Shown here: one piece after another, positions 52,249 to 62,672 of the stretch | How positions within the stretch are numbered: position 1 is the first letter of the stretch | Layout of the letters: each line of letters starts with the position of its first letter | The notes under the pieces: generated by a model | The model's database searches: none | Told to the model about the DNA's origin: nothing | Seen by the model: the letters and a program-made list of their open reading frames with translations, nothing else | Virus record (IMG/VR): IMGVR_UViG_2724679563_000003 | Coordinates: 1-64,000 of that record | Origin: an uncultured virus (IMG/VR IMGVR_UViG_2724679563_000003) | Lineage: Duplodnaviria; Heunggongvirae; Uroviricota; Caudoviricetes | Length of the DNA stretch: 64,000 bases | Reading direction: 5' to 3' (one strand) | Position numbers and translations under genes: made by a program

Positions 52249-55200
52249 ATGAGTACGTTTAGCGATACTTCACCAATTTTAATAAAAAAAAGAAAAGGTG
52301 ATTCTACAGACCCTTTTAAGCCTACTGTCGAGAATTTAAAAATAATAAATAATGTAGCTATATTAGATGAGATTCCTGATAAGTTTAGAAGAGTAAATGT
52401 TGAAGGATTAGTAGAAAAAAGAACAGATTTCTATAATGAAAACAATAGTATAGCTGAAAAGGAATACATAGTCGATTATAAATTAGGTTATGTATTTTTC
52501 AATGAAAAAATGAACAATAAAACTGTTGAAGCTGAATATTTAGGTACAGGAGTTGTTTTATATCCTTCATCAAGGATTTATGATACTGGACGGGAAGATA
52601 TAATTATTACTATCCAAGAAATGATAAATGGTGGAAGAGAAGCTATAGAAGCATATGCAAGTATAGATAATGCTATAAAAACCGCTGAAGAGTATTATGC
52701 AAAAATATCTACTTGTGTTGATGGAATAAAGGAAATAAGTGACACTTTAAATATATCAATTGTAAATGCTAAAAACATAGATGATATATTAAATAAAACT
52801 ATAGAAGAAGCAAGAAAAATAAATGATACTCTAGGTGGAACTATCATAAATGGGACTAATAAAATAACTGAGATAGATAATATAATACAAGAATTATCTG
52901 TCTGTGAGGAATATAGTTCTGAAAAGGAGTATAAAAAGCTTAATAGAGTTTCTTTTAAAGGAAGTTCTTATGAGTGTATTAAAGATTGTAAAGATATACT
53001 ACCTAGTAATAAAGAATATTGGAATTGCGTAGCTGAAAAAGGTAAAGATGGTAAAGACGGTGAAGGTTCGGGAAATATGCATACAGAGAAGTATGATAAA
53101 AACAATGATGGTATAGTAGATATTGCAGAGGTAGCTAATAGAATAGAATGGAATAATATACAAAATAAGCCTGATTTATCACAAGTGGGTAAGGTGAAGT
53201 CAGTAAATACTCAAACAGGAGATGTGCTTATATCTGCAATAGATATCAAAACAATTGATGGCATGACTGTAGAGAAAAACATAAGTAATATTCGAGAAAA
53301 GGTTGAGTCTAATTTAAATAAAATTGGAAATTTATCTACTCTTGAAAAAGAAATTATAGATAATCTAACAAATGAAAATAAGGAATTAAACTTAACAAAT
53401 GCAATTAATTATCTATATAAAAATGGAGGAAATGGTGAAAGTGGAAATAATGATAATGATGGTTCTATAAAATTAGGTAGGATTGAAAATTTAACTGCCA
53501 TTTCTGATATAGAAGGAACTAAAGCAAATTTATCTTGGCAAAATCCAACTATAACAGAATTTGAAAAAGTAGAAATATATGTTAGTACACAAGATTTAAC
53601 AAGTGCCAATTATGATTATTGTACTAAAAATGCTACTAAAATAGTAGATAGTAAAATAGAAACTTTCGAATATAAAGCTAAAAATAATACTACCTATTAT
53701 TTTAAAGCTTTTGCTATTTATAATGTCTTTGGAGCAATGCAAAACTCAGATGGAGTTATTACTAGTGTTAAAGTTTTAGATACTAAACCACCTGCAACTG
53801 TAACAAATATAAAAGCTACTACAGGAAATGGAGAAATAACTTTAACATGGATAAATCCTAAAGATACTGACTTTGAAAAAATAAAAATTGTAAGAAAAGA
53901 AAACAGCAAGCCTACAGACATAAAAGACGGAATAGTAGTGTATGGGGGTAATAATATTACATATAAAGATACGACTGTAGTTAATGACGTTACCTATTAT
54001 TATAGATTCTTTACTTATGATACAAATAATAATGTAAATGATACGGATATTCAAATTATAAATGTTACTCCTATAGCAAATGGATATGATAAACCTATTA
54101 GTGATTTTACTGCAAAAGGTGGTGATGGAGAAGTAACTTTATCATGGATTTATCCATCAGATGCAAATTTTAGTACAGTAAAAATAATAAGAAAAGAAAA
54201 TGGATATCCTACTGGAATAAATGATGGTGATTTTGTTTGTGAAAGTTTTTATGCTTCTTCGTCAGAATACTCTAATGAGAATATGATAGGTAGTGACATA
54301 GATGAAAATTTAACTAATGGCGTTAAATATTATTATCGTGCTTTCACATTCAATAAGAATAATCAATATTGTGATATTGAAGAAGGTCAACAAGTTACTG
54401 CAACACCCCAAGCATTTAAAGAATATGGTGTAAGATGGACAAAATCTACAGATATAGTAGAAAGATTAGGAGATGCTGTTGGTTTAACCGCCATAACAGG
54501 TGGTAAAAATGATTTTAATAATTTAATTCCTTGGTGTAGTATGAGAAGATGTAATCTATCAGATGACGGGATAGTTAATGCTTATTATGGAAATCCTATG
54601 TATAAAATTGATGGTAGTAATGGGCAATGCATGGTAGAGATACCCAAATTTTGGTTTAAAATATATTATGTTAGCAATGATATCATAGAATTTTGGATAT
54701 GTGATGGAGCTAAGGATGGATATGAAGTACATCCAGCTTTCTTTAGAGATAGAAAACATTTATGTGATGATAATAGTGGAATTGCTGAAGAGGTAGATTA
54801 TAGGTATCATCATACTTACTTGCCTAGTTTGAATAATGATAATTTAGAAAGTAAAAGCAGTGTTTTACCTAAAACATATTTTTTTATGAGTACAGCTAGA
54901 GATTATACTAAAAAAAGAGGAAATGGATGGGGATTAGTAGATTTTAATTTAAGATATGCACTACAGTTATTGTATTTAATTGAATATGCAGATTTTAATT
55001 CTCAAAAGACTATTGGGTCAGGAGCTAAGTGTGAAGGTATTAATGATAGTTATACTCCATGTAAAACAGGGGGAACTAATTTATTAGGTAATATTACTGG
55101 TTGTATAAACAATGGTCAGATTTCTTATAGAGGAATTGAAGACTTCTTTGGCAATTGTTATCAAATGATAGATGGCTTTTATATAACTGATACTTTAGAA

Positions 55201-55515
55201 ATATTAATTAATAACAAAGGATTTCAAAATGAACAAAAAGAATATGCCTTTAAATTTGGGACAGGATTTAATACAAAATTTCAGCAAGGAGCTATAAAAG
55301 ATATATTTCATGATAAAAGATTAGGTTTTGTTCCAAATAATTTTAAAGGAACTTATTCTTCAGGGTTGTACGCTCAGGGAACATATGGAGATAGAAGCCA
55401 CCTCTCATCTGGGGGAGATAATGGAAAATATTCAAGTGTAGGAGTATTTTGCTTTAATTGTACAAATTCTTCAGGTACTGTAGGGTATAATATAGCAGCA
55501 TCATTATCTTATTAA
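52249..55515 (+). CDS. Tail fibre / receptor-binding protein with fibronectin type III repeats
   Basis: Three LSW.NP/LTW.NP/LSW.YP...YYYR.F FN3 repeats. C-terminal MVEIPKF...HPAF...YRGIED.FGN domain. Confidence 0.75.
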   Translation: MSTFSDTSPILIKKRKGDSTDPFKPTVENLKIINNVAILDEIPDKFRRVNVEGLVEKRTDFYNENNSIAEKEYIVDYKLGYVFFNEKMNNKTVEAEYLGTGVVLYPSSRIYDTGREDIIITIQEMINGGREAIEAYASIDNAIKTAEEYYAKISTCVDGIKEISDTLNISIVNAKNIDDILNKTIEEARKINDTLGGTIINGTNKITEIDNIIQELSVCEEYSSEKEYKKLNRVSFKGSSYECIKDCKDILPSNKEYWNCVAEKGKDGKDGEGSGNMHTEKYDKNNDGIVDIAEVANRIEWNNIQNKPDLSQVGKVKSVNTQTGDVLISAIDIKTIDGMTVEKNISNIREKVESNLNKIGNLSTLEKEIIDNLTNENKELNLTNAINYLYKNGGNGESGNNDNDGSIKLGRIENLTAISDIEGTKANLSWQNPTITEFEKVEIYVSTQDLTSANYDYCTKNATKIVDSKIETFEYKAKNNTTYYFKAFAIYNVFGAMQNSDGVITSVKVLDTKPPATVTNIKATTGNGEITLTWINPKDTDFEKIKIVRKENSKPTDIKDGIVVYGGNNITYKDTTVVNDVTYYYRFFTYDTNNNVNDTDIQIINVTPIANGYDKPISDFTAKGGDGEVTLSWIYPSDANFSTVKIIRKENGYPTGINDGDFVCESFYASSSEYSNENMIGSDIDENLTNGVKYYYRAFTFNKNNQYCDIEEGQQVTATPQAFKEYGVRWTKSTDIVERLGDAVGLTAITGGKNDFNNLIPWCSMRRCNLSDDGIVNAYYGNPMYKIDGSNGQCMVEIPKFWFKIYYVSNDIIEFWICDGAKDGYEVHPAFFRDRKHLCDDNSGIAEEVDYRYHHTYLPSLNNDNLESKSSVLPKTYFFMSTARDYTKKRGNGWGLVDFNLRYALQLLYLIEYADFNSQKTIGSGAKCEGINDSYTPCKTGGTNLLGNITGCINNGQISYRGIEDFFGNCYQMIDGFYITDTLEILINNKGFQNEQKEYAFKFGTGFNTKFQQGAIKDIFHDKRLGFVPNNFKGTYSSGLYAQGTYGDRSHLSSGGDNGKYSSVGVFCFNCTNSSGTVGYNIAASLSY

Positions 55516-55548
55516 ATTATAATCTTATGGTAGAAAGAAGGTGGTCAA

Positions 55549-55965
55549 GTGTTAATAGAATCCACAGTTGAACCTCAAAAAATAAAAATACAATATATAA
55601 AAGATCATATGGTGCATATTAGATTAAGAAAAAATATAAAACAAATCACAAAAGAAGAAAACGGACGACATATAGTAATGTTTGAATATGATGAAGTTAT
55701 TTTTGATATAGATAATACGGATAATTTAATAAAACAAATTGAAAATAACTTTGACTTATATTTTAATTATGGATTACAACAAATGGAATTAAATAAATCT
55801 AAAGAAAAAGCAGAAAAGCAAATATATAATTTAATAAATCAACATAAGTTAGTAGATTTAAATAATAATACAGAAAGTGCAACTATGTTGTTAACATTAC
55901 TTATGAGTGAGATAGATTCTTTGAAAAATGAAATAAAATTTTTAAAAGAAAAGGTAGGTGTTTAA
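55549..55965 (+). CDS. Putative tail fibre assembly protein
   Basis: Follows the fibre gene, C-terminal coiled coil. Confidence 0.55.
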   Translation: MLIESTVEPQKIKIQYIKDHMVHIRLRKNIKQITKEENGRHIVMFEYDEVIFDIDNTDNLIKQIENNFDLYFNYGLQQMELNKSKEKAEKQIYNLINQHKLVDLNNNTESATMLLTLLMSEIDSLKNEIKFLKEKVGV

Positions 55966-56140
55966 TTTGAATGAAATATATTTAACAGAAGCTTTTGATA
56001 AGTATGTAAATCCTACATTCTTTAATATGTATGTAGTTGCAGTACAGAGTGGAAGATTGCCAATAGAATCATTACCACCTATTTATAAAGAGAGAGTTAA
56101 TGAACTATTTAATGAAGAAGAAAATAAGAAGGATACATAA
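55958..56140 (+). CDS. Small fibre-associated protein
   Basis: 60 aa, G...IE..P..YKE.V..L motif. Overlaps the upstream stop. Confidence 0.55.
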   Translation: MFNLNEIYLTEAFDKYVNPTFFNMYVVAVQSGRLPIESLPPIYKERVNELFNEEENKKDT

Positions 56141-56408
56141 AATAATTTTAAAAACCAACATAATATAAAACTGTGATTTTACATTAATTGAAGGTGGTAT
56201 AAATGGCTAAATCAAGCCATTCCTGAAGTGGAATTTTGAGAAAAATAGTAAAAATACATAATTTACTTTATATTTGATTTAGAATTGAGAAATATGAAAA
56301 TTTAAGTTTTTGTATTTCTCATCTGTTTATTGTGGACATATATGAATTTAAATGACTTAATTTTAAAATATTTTTTTTAAAACGAGGTGAAGATATGAAA
56401 GGAGATTT

Positions 56409-56789
56409 TTGATTATGGATATGGAACACCAAATACAAGACCATGAAAATAGAATTAGGAAACTAGAAGAAAGCGATATTAGACAACAAATTCAATTGGC
56501 TAATATTGAGAAATCTCAAGCAGAAATAAAAGTTATGATAAATGAAACTTCAAAAGAGCAAACAAAAAATATGAATGAGATTATGGATAAACAGCAAAAT
56601 ATAATGAACGACACAATGGATAAGCAACAAAATACAATGAACGAAATGCTAAATAAAATAGTAGATACTTTCACAGATGGGGAAAAAAATAATCACGAAG
56701 AAAGATTTTATGAAAAGAAACAATTTTGGGGATTTATCATGGCTTTGGTTGCAATTGCAAGTTCAGTAATTACATATTTTTTAAAATGA
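56409..56789 (+). CDS. Holin-like / XhlA-like lysis protein with a single C-terminal TM helix
   Basis: DHE.RI..LE coiled coil plus hydrophobic C-terminus. Precedes the endolysin. Confidence 0.65.
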   Translation: MIMDMEHQIQDHENRIRKLEESDIRQQIQLANIEKSQAEIKVMINETSKEQTKNMNEIMDKQQNIMNDTMDKQQNTMNEMLNKIVDTFTDGEKNNHEERFYEKKQFWGFIMALVAIASSVITYFLK

Positions 56790-56809
56790 TAAAGTGTAGG
56801 TGATACTAA

Positions 56810-58405
56810 ATGGCTACTCCGATAATGGGAACTTCTAAAGCAACAATAGAACAATGTGAGTTGTTTTTACATAATGTTAATCCTAAAGCACCCTACTTAG
56901 CTAATATTTATAAGAAATATTGTGATATTTATGGAATTAAATTAGAAATTGCATGGGTGCAAATGTGTTTGGAAACTAATTTTCTTAGATATTCAGATAC
57001 AAGTATAACAACATTAGATATGCATAACTATGCTGGATTAGGTGCTTTAGATGGAAACGGAAGAAAACAAGCTTTAAAATTTAATACAAAAAATGAAGGT
57101 GTTGAATGTCATATTCAGCATCTTTTTGCTTATTGTAGCAGAAATAATTTACCACAACAACAATTGATAGACCCTAGATTTAAATATGTAGATAGAGGTT
57201 GTGCTATTAATGTTGAAGATTTAGGAAGTGGTAAGTGGGCTAGTGATAAGCAATACGCAAATAAATTACTAGACTTATTAGGTAGACTTACAAATACAAA
57301 AATAGAAAAGAAAGGGGATAACGTAATGTCAAAAGGAATGATATCATATGATTTTGGACATATGGAAGGAGGAGAAGATACCTCTGCTAATGGGATATTA
57401 TATGAATATTCTATTGTTAGAAACTATGGTTCTGTTGTTGTAAGAGAGTTACAAAAAGCAGGATACACATTAGTAAATTGTACTCCACCAAATGGAAGAA
57501 TGAGTTTAAGCCAATCATTATCTTATAGAGTTAATAAAGCTAATTCAAGTGGCAGTATGTTGCATTTATGTTTTCATGCTAATTGCTATAATGGAAATGC
57601 TTATGGTTGTGAAATGGAAGTTGCCTCAGATTCAAGTGCTAGAATAGGACAATCTATACAAAATGAAGTAGTATCTTCTTTAGGATTTGCTAATAGAGGA
57701 GTAAAAAGACCTAGCTTGTATGTTACAAGAAATACAAATATGCCTTGTGTATTAACAGAACCATTTTTTATAGATAATAGAGGTGATTGTAATAAATATA
57801 ATGTAGAAAAACTAGGTTGTGCAATAGCAACAGGTGTGTTAAAAGCATTAGGAAATAATTATAGACCATCTACAGGTGGGAATAATTCTAGTTCAAGCTC
57901 TTCACCTTCTAAGCCAACAGCAATAGTTACAGCTAGTGCATTAAATGTTAGAGAGCAAAAATCTACTTCTTCTAAGATTTTAGGTGTGTTGTCTAATAAC
58001 AAATCAGTTGAAGTATATAAAGTTGAAGGAGATTGGGTACATATTTATTATCCACCACATGGAGGATTTATTAGTAAGCAATATGTAAAACTATATAATA
58101 TACCAGATTCTATTGTACAAAAACCTAATAAACCAGTAGAAAAAAAGGAGGAAAAGAAAATGGATATAATATTATACTTTGGATATGTTGATGAATATGG
58201 TGCTAACTTATTGAGAGATAAATTAAAGTTACCAGTATTAAGTTTAGCTGATTTTAAAGCAAATACAAATTTAAAGAATAATGTAGGAAGAATTTATATG
58301 GTAGGTGGAAGTGAGAAACCTGTTTCAGATACGGTTTTAATTTCTAGTGGTGGAAGATATGATACTGCACAAGCGGTCATAGAATACATAAAAAAATTAA
58401 AATAA
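56810..58405 (+). CDS. Multi-domain endolysin: glucosaminidase-like, Amidase_3, SH3b and CWB2-like C-terminal domain
   Basis: QMCLETNFL..NYAGLG; DFGH...E...HAN...E amidase; ALNVR..S...ILG SH3b; GGRYDTA. Confidence 0.88.
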   Translation: MATPIMGTSKATIEQCELFLHNVNPKAPYLANIYKKYCDIYGIKLEIAWVQMCLETNFLRYSDTSITTLDMHNYAGLGALDGNGRKQALKFNTKNEGVECHIQHLFAYCSRNNLPQQQLIDPRFKYVDRGCAINVEDLGSGKWASDKQYANKLLDLLGRLTNTKIEKKGDNVMSKGMISYDFGHMEGGEDTSANGILYEYSIVRNYGSVVVRELQKAGYTLVNCTPPNGRMSLSQSLSYRVNKANSSGSMLHLCFHANCYNGNAYGCEMEVASDSSARIGQSIQNEVVSSLGFANRGVKRPSLYVTRNTNMPCVLTEPFFIDNRGDCNKYNVEKLGCAIATGVLKALGNNYRPSTGGNNSSSSSSPSKPTAIVTASALNVREQKSTSSKILGVLSNNKSVEVYKVEGDWVHIYYPPHGGFISKQYVKLYNIPDSIVQKPNKPVEKKEEKKMDIILYFGYVDEYGANLLRDKLKLPVLSLADFKANTNLKNNVGRIYMVGGSEKPVSDTVLISSGGRYDTAQAVIEYIKKLK

Positions 58406-58443
58406 TATCTAATTAAAAAATAATTTAAAAAGGAGAGATTTAT

Positions 58444-58866
58444 ATGCCAGTTAATGATTTTATAAATTTACAACAAATTGCTACTTTTTCTGGGTGTTTA
58501 TCAATAACGCTAATGATTGTGCAACTTTTGAAGGATTTGAGTTTTTTTAAACAAATGCCTACTAGATATCTAGCTGTTATTGTCGGTGTAATAAATGTAA
58601 TTATGACATCTATTATGCTAAATACTTTTAGAATATCTGAATTATATTTAATGATTATAAATGGTATTTTTATAGGAATGACAGCAACAGTTACATATAA
58701 TTTTAAGGGAGATAAAAACAATAAAGAAATTCAACCTACAAATGATCTTTTTTATCATGAAGCACCACAAGATATAATAGAAAACTCAAATATAGATACT
58801 GATACAAAAGAATTTGATAATATAATAGAAGAAAATACAATAAGTGAAAACAAAATAAAAGGTTAA
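58444..58866 (+). CDS. Putative holin
   Basis: Three hydrophobic segments, directly after the endolysin. Confidence 0.65.
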   Translation: MPVNDFINLQQIATFSGCLSITLMIVQLLKDLSFFKQMPTRYLAVIVGVINVIMTSIMLNTFRISELYLMIINGIFIGMTATVTYNFKGDKNNKEIQPTNDLFYHEAPQDIIENSNIDTDTKEFDNIIEENTISENKIKG

Positions 58867-58882
58867 TTTTAACAAAATTCTT

Positions 58883-58918
58883 AGGGTTGGTATTTTATGT
58901 ACTAGCCCTTTATTTTTA
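58883..58918 (+). terminator. Intrinsic terminator
   Basis: agggttggta/tactagccct stem plus T-tract. Confidence 0.6.
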
Positions 58919-58937
58919 ATTAAAGGAGGTAATTAGA

Positions 58938-59243
58938 ATGGGAGCATTAACTGAACATAGTTATTTTATATCATCCACAAAATATCCTAAAGCTGATGCA
59001 GAAGGGTATTACCAAGCTACCGATGGAGAAATAATACAAATGTATGATGATAATGATAGCCCTGTAACTATAAATGGTATAAGAATTATTTCACCAGATG
59101 AACCAATCTATATAGCTTTTGATAATAGCAAATCTTATGCTTTAATAACCCCAAACATGCCATTAGTTATTAATAAACTCAGCATATATAGAATTAAAGT
59201 TAAAAATGCTTGTAGATTTTATTTTGATGGATTAACTTATTAA
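58938..59243 (+). CDS. Hypothetical beta-rich protein
   Basis: 101 aa, RBS aaggagg. Confidence 0.65.
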   Translation: MGALTEHSYFISSTKYPKADAEGYYQATDGEIIQMYDDNDSPVTINGIRIISPDEPIYIAFDNSKSYALITPNMPLVINKLSIYRIKVKNACRFYFDGLTY

Positions 59244-59262
59244 TCAAACTATTTGAAAAGGA

Positions 59263-60288
59263 GTGATTTTTATGCCTTTTGTAAGTATGGGTGGAATTTC
59301 CAATGGTGGAACTAATGGCAGTTCTACAGATTTAACATATGTTAATAAAAGAATTAGTGCTAATACAACAGAAATAAACTCAATAAAAGAAAAAAATATT
59401 CAGCAAGATTCTAGTATAAGCATAAATACTTCTACTATATCTACTTTAAAAACGGATAATACTCAAAATAAGAGCGATATATCCAAATTGAAAACAGAAA
59501 TAATAAATAAAAAAGATGAGTTAGTAAAATTAAATTCTTTAGACACAGCAGGTTATCTAGAAAACAAGATTGACAATAATTCTATTCAAATAAAGAATAA
59601 TAAATTAATTGCTAGATCATTAGATGGCTTGGAAGTTACTGTTGCAGAACTTAATATGTTAAAAGGAATAAAAGATAATATTCAAAAGATGATGGATTTA
59701 ACTCAAAAGGGTATGCAATTTCGAGGGTTTGTAAATACCTATGAAGAATTGACACAAATTCCTGATGTTGAAGCAGGATATACAGCAATTGTTAGAGCTG
59801 ATGAACAAAGTGAAAATAAAAAAATGTTTTACATTTATGATGGTGCTAAATGGCAACCAACTTATGAGGTTTCTGCTGATAATATGGGCAGAGATTTTAT
59901 TATAGAACCTTTAAATTTAATGGTAGAAACTAAAGGTGTTTTACCTGAAAATCAAATAGATATAAACATAGCAAGAAAAACTGATATACAAACTAAATTA
60001 GATAAAGTTGCTAGTGCAACCCAAGATAACATAGCTATACTAAATAAAGATGGCAGCTTAAAAGATAGTAATAACAAGTTAAGTGATTATGCTAAAACAG
60101 ATCATACACATAAGGAATTAGAAGATAAGATGGCTTTAAAAACGGATTTACATAATCATATGAATAAAGACACTTTAAATAAATTAACTACAAGTGAGGA
60201 TGGAAAATTATTATTTGATGGAAGCCTTATTGAAGGAAATTCTAATGGCGGGACAGGAATATCTACATGGAATAAATTTGAAATATAG
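59263..60288 (+). CDS. Fibre-like structural protein
   Basis: Coiled-coil N-terminus, T.AELN.L.G and H.H.NK..L.KL...GKL.FDG fibre-type motifs. Confidence 0.55.
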   Translation: MIFMPFVSMGGISNGGTNGSSTDLTYVNKRISANTTEINSIKEKNIQQDSSISINTSTISTLKTDNTQNKSDISKLKTEIINKKDELVKLNSLDTAGYLENKIDNNSIQIKNNKLIARSLDGLEVTVAELNMLKGIKDNIQKMMDLTQKGMQFRGFVNTYEELTQIPDVEAGYTAIVRADEQSENKKMFYIYDGAKWQPTYEVSADNMGRDFIIEPLNLMVETKGVLPENQIDINIARKTDIQTKLDKVASATQDNIAILNKDGSLKDSNNKLSDYAKTDHTHKELEDKMALKTDLHNHMNKDTLNKLTTSEDGKLLFDGSLIEGNSNGGTGISTWNKFEI

Positions 60289-60300
60289 GAGGTGTAGTTT

Positions 60301-61581
60301 ATGAATATTAGTTTTGAAGCCTTATTAGAGAAACCTTTAGAAGTGGTTTTAGGTAGAATATATTTTATTAAAGAAAACAACGAAGTAAATTTATATTTAG
60401 GTAAAAGCGATAAAACATTACAGTATATAGGTAAGCAATTAGGTGATTCTTCAGTATTACCAACAGAGCTACAAGGGAAATCTATAATGGAAATGTTTGC
60501 TTACCTTTTTCAATATGCCAATAGAAATAAGAACAATTTAAAAGTCTTAGTAGGAAATTCTATTGGCATAGATTATACTACTAAAACAGATGAAGAAATA
60601 TCAAATGATATTATAAATAGAAAAGATTTAATTTGCAAAGCTTTATCAAATAAAGGTGTTATTGCTACAAAATCAGATGAGTTATCTGTTTATGCAGCTA
60701 AAATTAATTCTATAGTACAAAACTCTCAAATTAAAAACACTAAATTGAATATAAAAAAAGGAGAGACTAAGCAAATTGCATTAACAAATCCTACAGATAT
60801 TCAAAATGTGTGTACAAGTGTATTAGAGTATAAAGCAGATCAAGATAATGTAGTTAAATATGATTGTGGGTTCAATAATGGGGATTTTACTAGCTTTGAT
60901 TTTGTATCAGATATAACATTTGATGGGAAAATGAAACAAAATAATAAGATTAAAGAAGATGCTTTTATTAAAATACAAGAGAATGAAACTTTTATCGAAA
61001 GTCAATATCATATAAATAAAAGTTTATTCCATACTTTAGATAAAATTGAACCATATGAAGAAGGGGATATTGACAAGATTAAATTAACAGGTACTTATTT
61101 TCCTACTGTAGTAAAAGCTAGTGATGATATAAATTTAAATGGTATAAATAAAATCAACAAAATAATATGGGTAGCAAGTGATGGAGATGTTTCTAAGAAT
61201 AGATTAATTTTCAGCTTAGATAGTGGATTAACATGGAAAAGTTATGATATTAACAATAAAACTATAATAGATATCAATATAAATAATTTGTCTGAAGTAG
61301 AAAATAAAGGATTAACTATTGAGCAAGTAAATAGTTTAACAATAGAAGATTTAGATATATTAAGAGATAATAGTCCAAAGATTAGATTTGGATATTATTT
61401 AGAAAAGAATAATGCTTTTGATGATTTATACAATGATAATTTATCTATTACAGTTGATATGAAGGGAAGAGATATTCCGAGTCTAAATTATATATGGAAC
61501 TTTGATGAAGATGGAAAAACTATAAATTATAAATTTATAGAGGATGGTACATATACAATTATCTATTGCGACAATGATTAA
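60301..61581 (+). CDS. Hypothetical virion-appendage protein
   Basis: 426 aa with FS.D.G.TWK and IRF.YYL motifs. Confidence 0.55.
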   Translation: MNISFEALLEKPLEVVLGRIYFIKENNEVNLYLGKSDKTLQYIGKQLGDSSVLPTELQGKSIMEMFAYLFQYANRNKNNLKVLVGNSIGIDYTTKTDEEISNDIINRKDLICKALSNKGVIATKSDELSVYAAKINSIVQNSQIKNTKLNIKKGETKQIALTNPTDIQNVCTSVLEYKADQDNVVKYDCGFNNGDFTSFDFVSDITFDGKMKQNNKIKEDAFIKIQENETFIESQYHINKSLFHTLDKIEPYEEGDIDKIKLTGTYFPTVVKASDDINLNGINKINKIIWVASDGDVSKNRLIFSLDSGLTWKSYDINNKTIIDININNLSEVENKGLTIEQVNSLTIEDLDILRDNSPKIRFGYYLEKNNAFDDLYNDNLSITVDMKGRDIPSLNYIWNFDEDGKTINYKFIEDGTYTIIYCDND

Positions 61582-61607
61582 ACAAATGATAAAAGGGATT
61601 TGATGAT

Positions 61608-61733
61608 ATGAATAAAAGAGAATTAATTGCAAGTAAAATTATGATGATTTCTTATATATATAAAGAATGTTTAATAAGAATGGATATAGAAACTTTAAAA
61701 GAATTATATAAAAGATTAAGGAAAAGGTGGTAA
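61608..61733 (+). CDS. Small hypothetical protein (41 aa)
   Basis: RBS aaggga, open frame between two larger genes. Confidence 0.4.
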   Translation: MNKRELIASKIMMISYIYKECLIRMDIETLKELYKRLRKRW

Positions 61734-61734
61734 A

Positions 61735-62670
61735 ATGATAAAAAAATATATACCTATAAAGGATTATAGTAATAATTTGGTAGCACAATATAAATTTGAA
61801 GAAACAAGTGGTGTAACTTGTATAGATAGTAGTGGTAAAGGTAACAATGGTATTTATGTTGGTACAACGAGTGTTACAGGAGAAAATGGAAATGCTAGAA
61901 GTTTTAATAATTTTTTATCGTCTACTTCTGCAATTGATTATATCAACTTTAATAATTCTATAATCCCTACTGGAAGGAAAACAATTAAATTTAAAATTAA
62001 ATTTAAAGACAATATTGAATATGCTCCAATATTAGGAAATTTATCTAGTAGTGGAGGGGTGTATGACAAGGGGTTGGGGTTTTTTATTGATTCAAATAAA
62101 ATTAACGTTATGGTTAGAGATGGATCTCCCTCTTGTTTTAACTTTACATCTTCAAACCCAATAAATGATGGATTATATCATCAAGTAATGTTTACTTGGG
62201 ATGGTACAAATGATAATGATACAATAAAATTATTCATAGACGACATGATAAATCCTAATATTACAACCACAATACAACAAAATGAACCGATATATTCTCA
62301 AAATTTTATAATTGGAACAAGACCAGTGAAATCATATGGGTTTAAAGGCGAATTAGATGAGATAGAAATATATAATGAAGTTGTAGAATTTGCTGATAAA
62401 AGATATTTACTAAAACAAAACAACCATTATTATACTATAAAATCCGACTTTTATAAAAATGGTAATTATGAATCTATTCCAGAATTAGAAGGAAAAGAAA
62501 TATTAACTAAAACTGATTTTGAAACTTATGGTATAGATGATTTAAATTTATTAACTAAAAATATCAATACTCAAGACATTAAAGGAACTGATAAGGGGAA
62601 TTTGGGTAGTGGTAAGTTATTTGAAATGCCTTTTAATAATGATTTCATGAGTATAAGTGAGGTGAAATAA
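61735..62670 (+). CDS. LamG/concanavalin A-like domain protein (paralog 1)
   Basis: LVAQYKFEE.SG...DSSG.GN.G...F.G.LDEI.IYN. Confidence 0.8.
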   Translation: MIKKYIPIKDYSNNLVAQYKFEETSGVTCIDSSGKGNNGIYVGTTSVTGENGNARSFNNFLSSTSAIDYINFNNSIIPTGRKTIKFKIKFKDNIEYAPILGNLSSSGGVYDKGLGFFIDSNKINVMVRDGSPSCFNFTSSNPINDGLYHQVMFTWDGTNDNDTIKLFIDDMINPNITTTIQQNEPIYSQNFIIGTRPVKSYGFKGELDEIEIYNEVVEFADKRYLLKQNNHYYTIKSDFYKNGNYESIPELEGKEILTKTDFETYGIDDLNLLTKNINTQDIKGTDKGNLGSGKLFEMPFNNDFMSISEVK

Positions 62671-62672
62671 GC

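Noticed and set aside
56201..56240. RBS plus ATG and a small palindrome (aatggct..agccatt) before the lysis genes
   Set aside because: The frame closes after a few codons, and the palindrome alone is too weak to assign a role.
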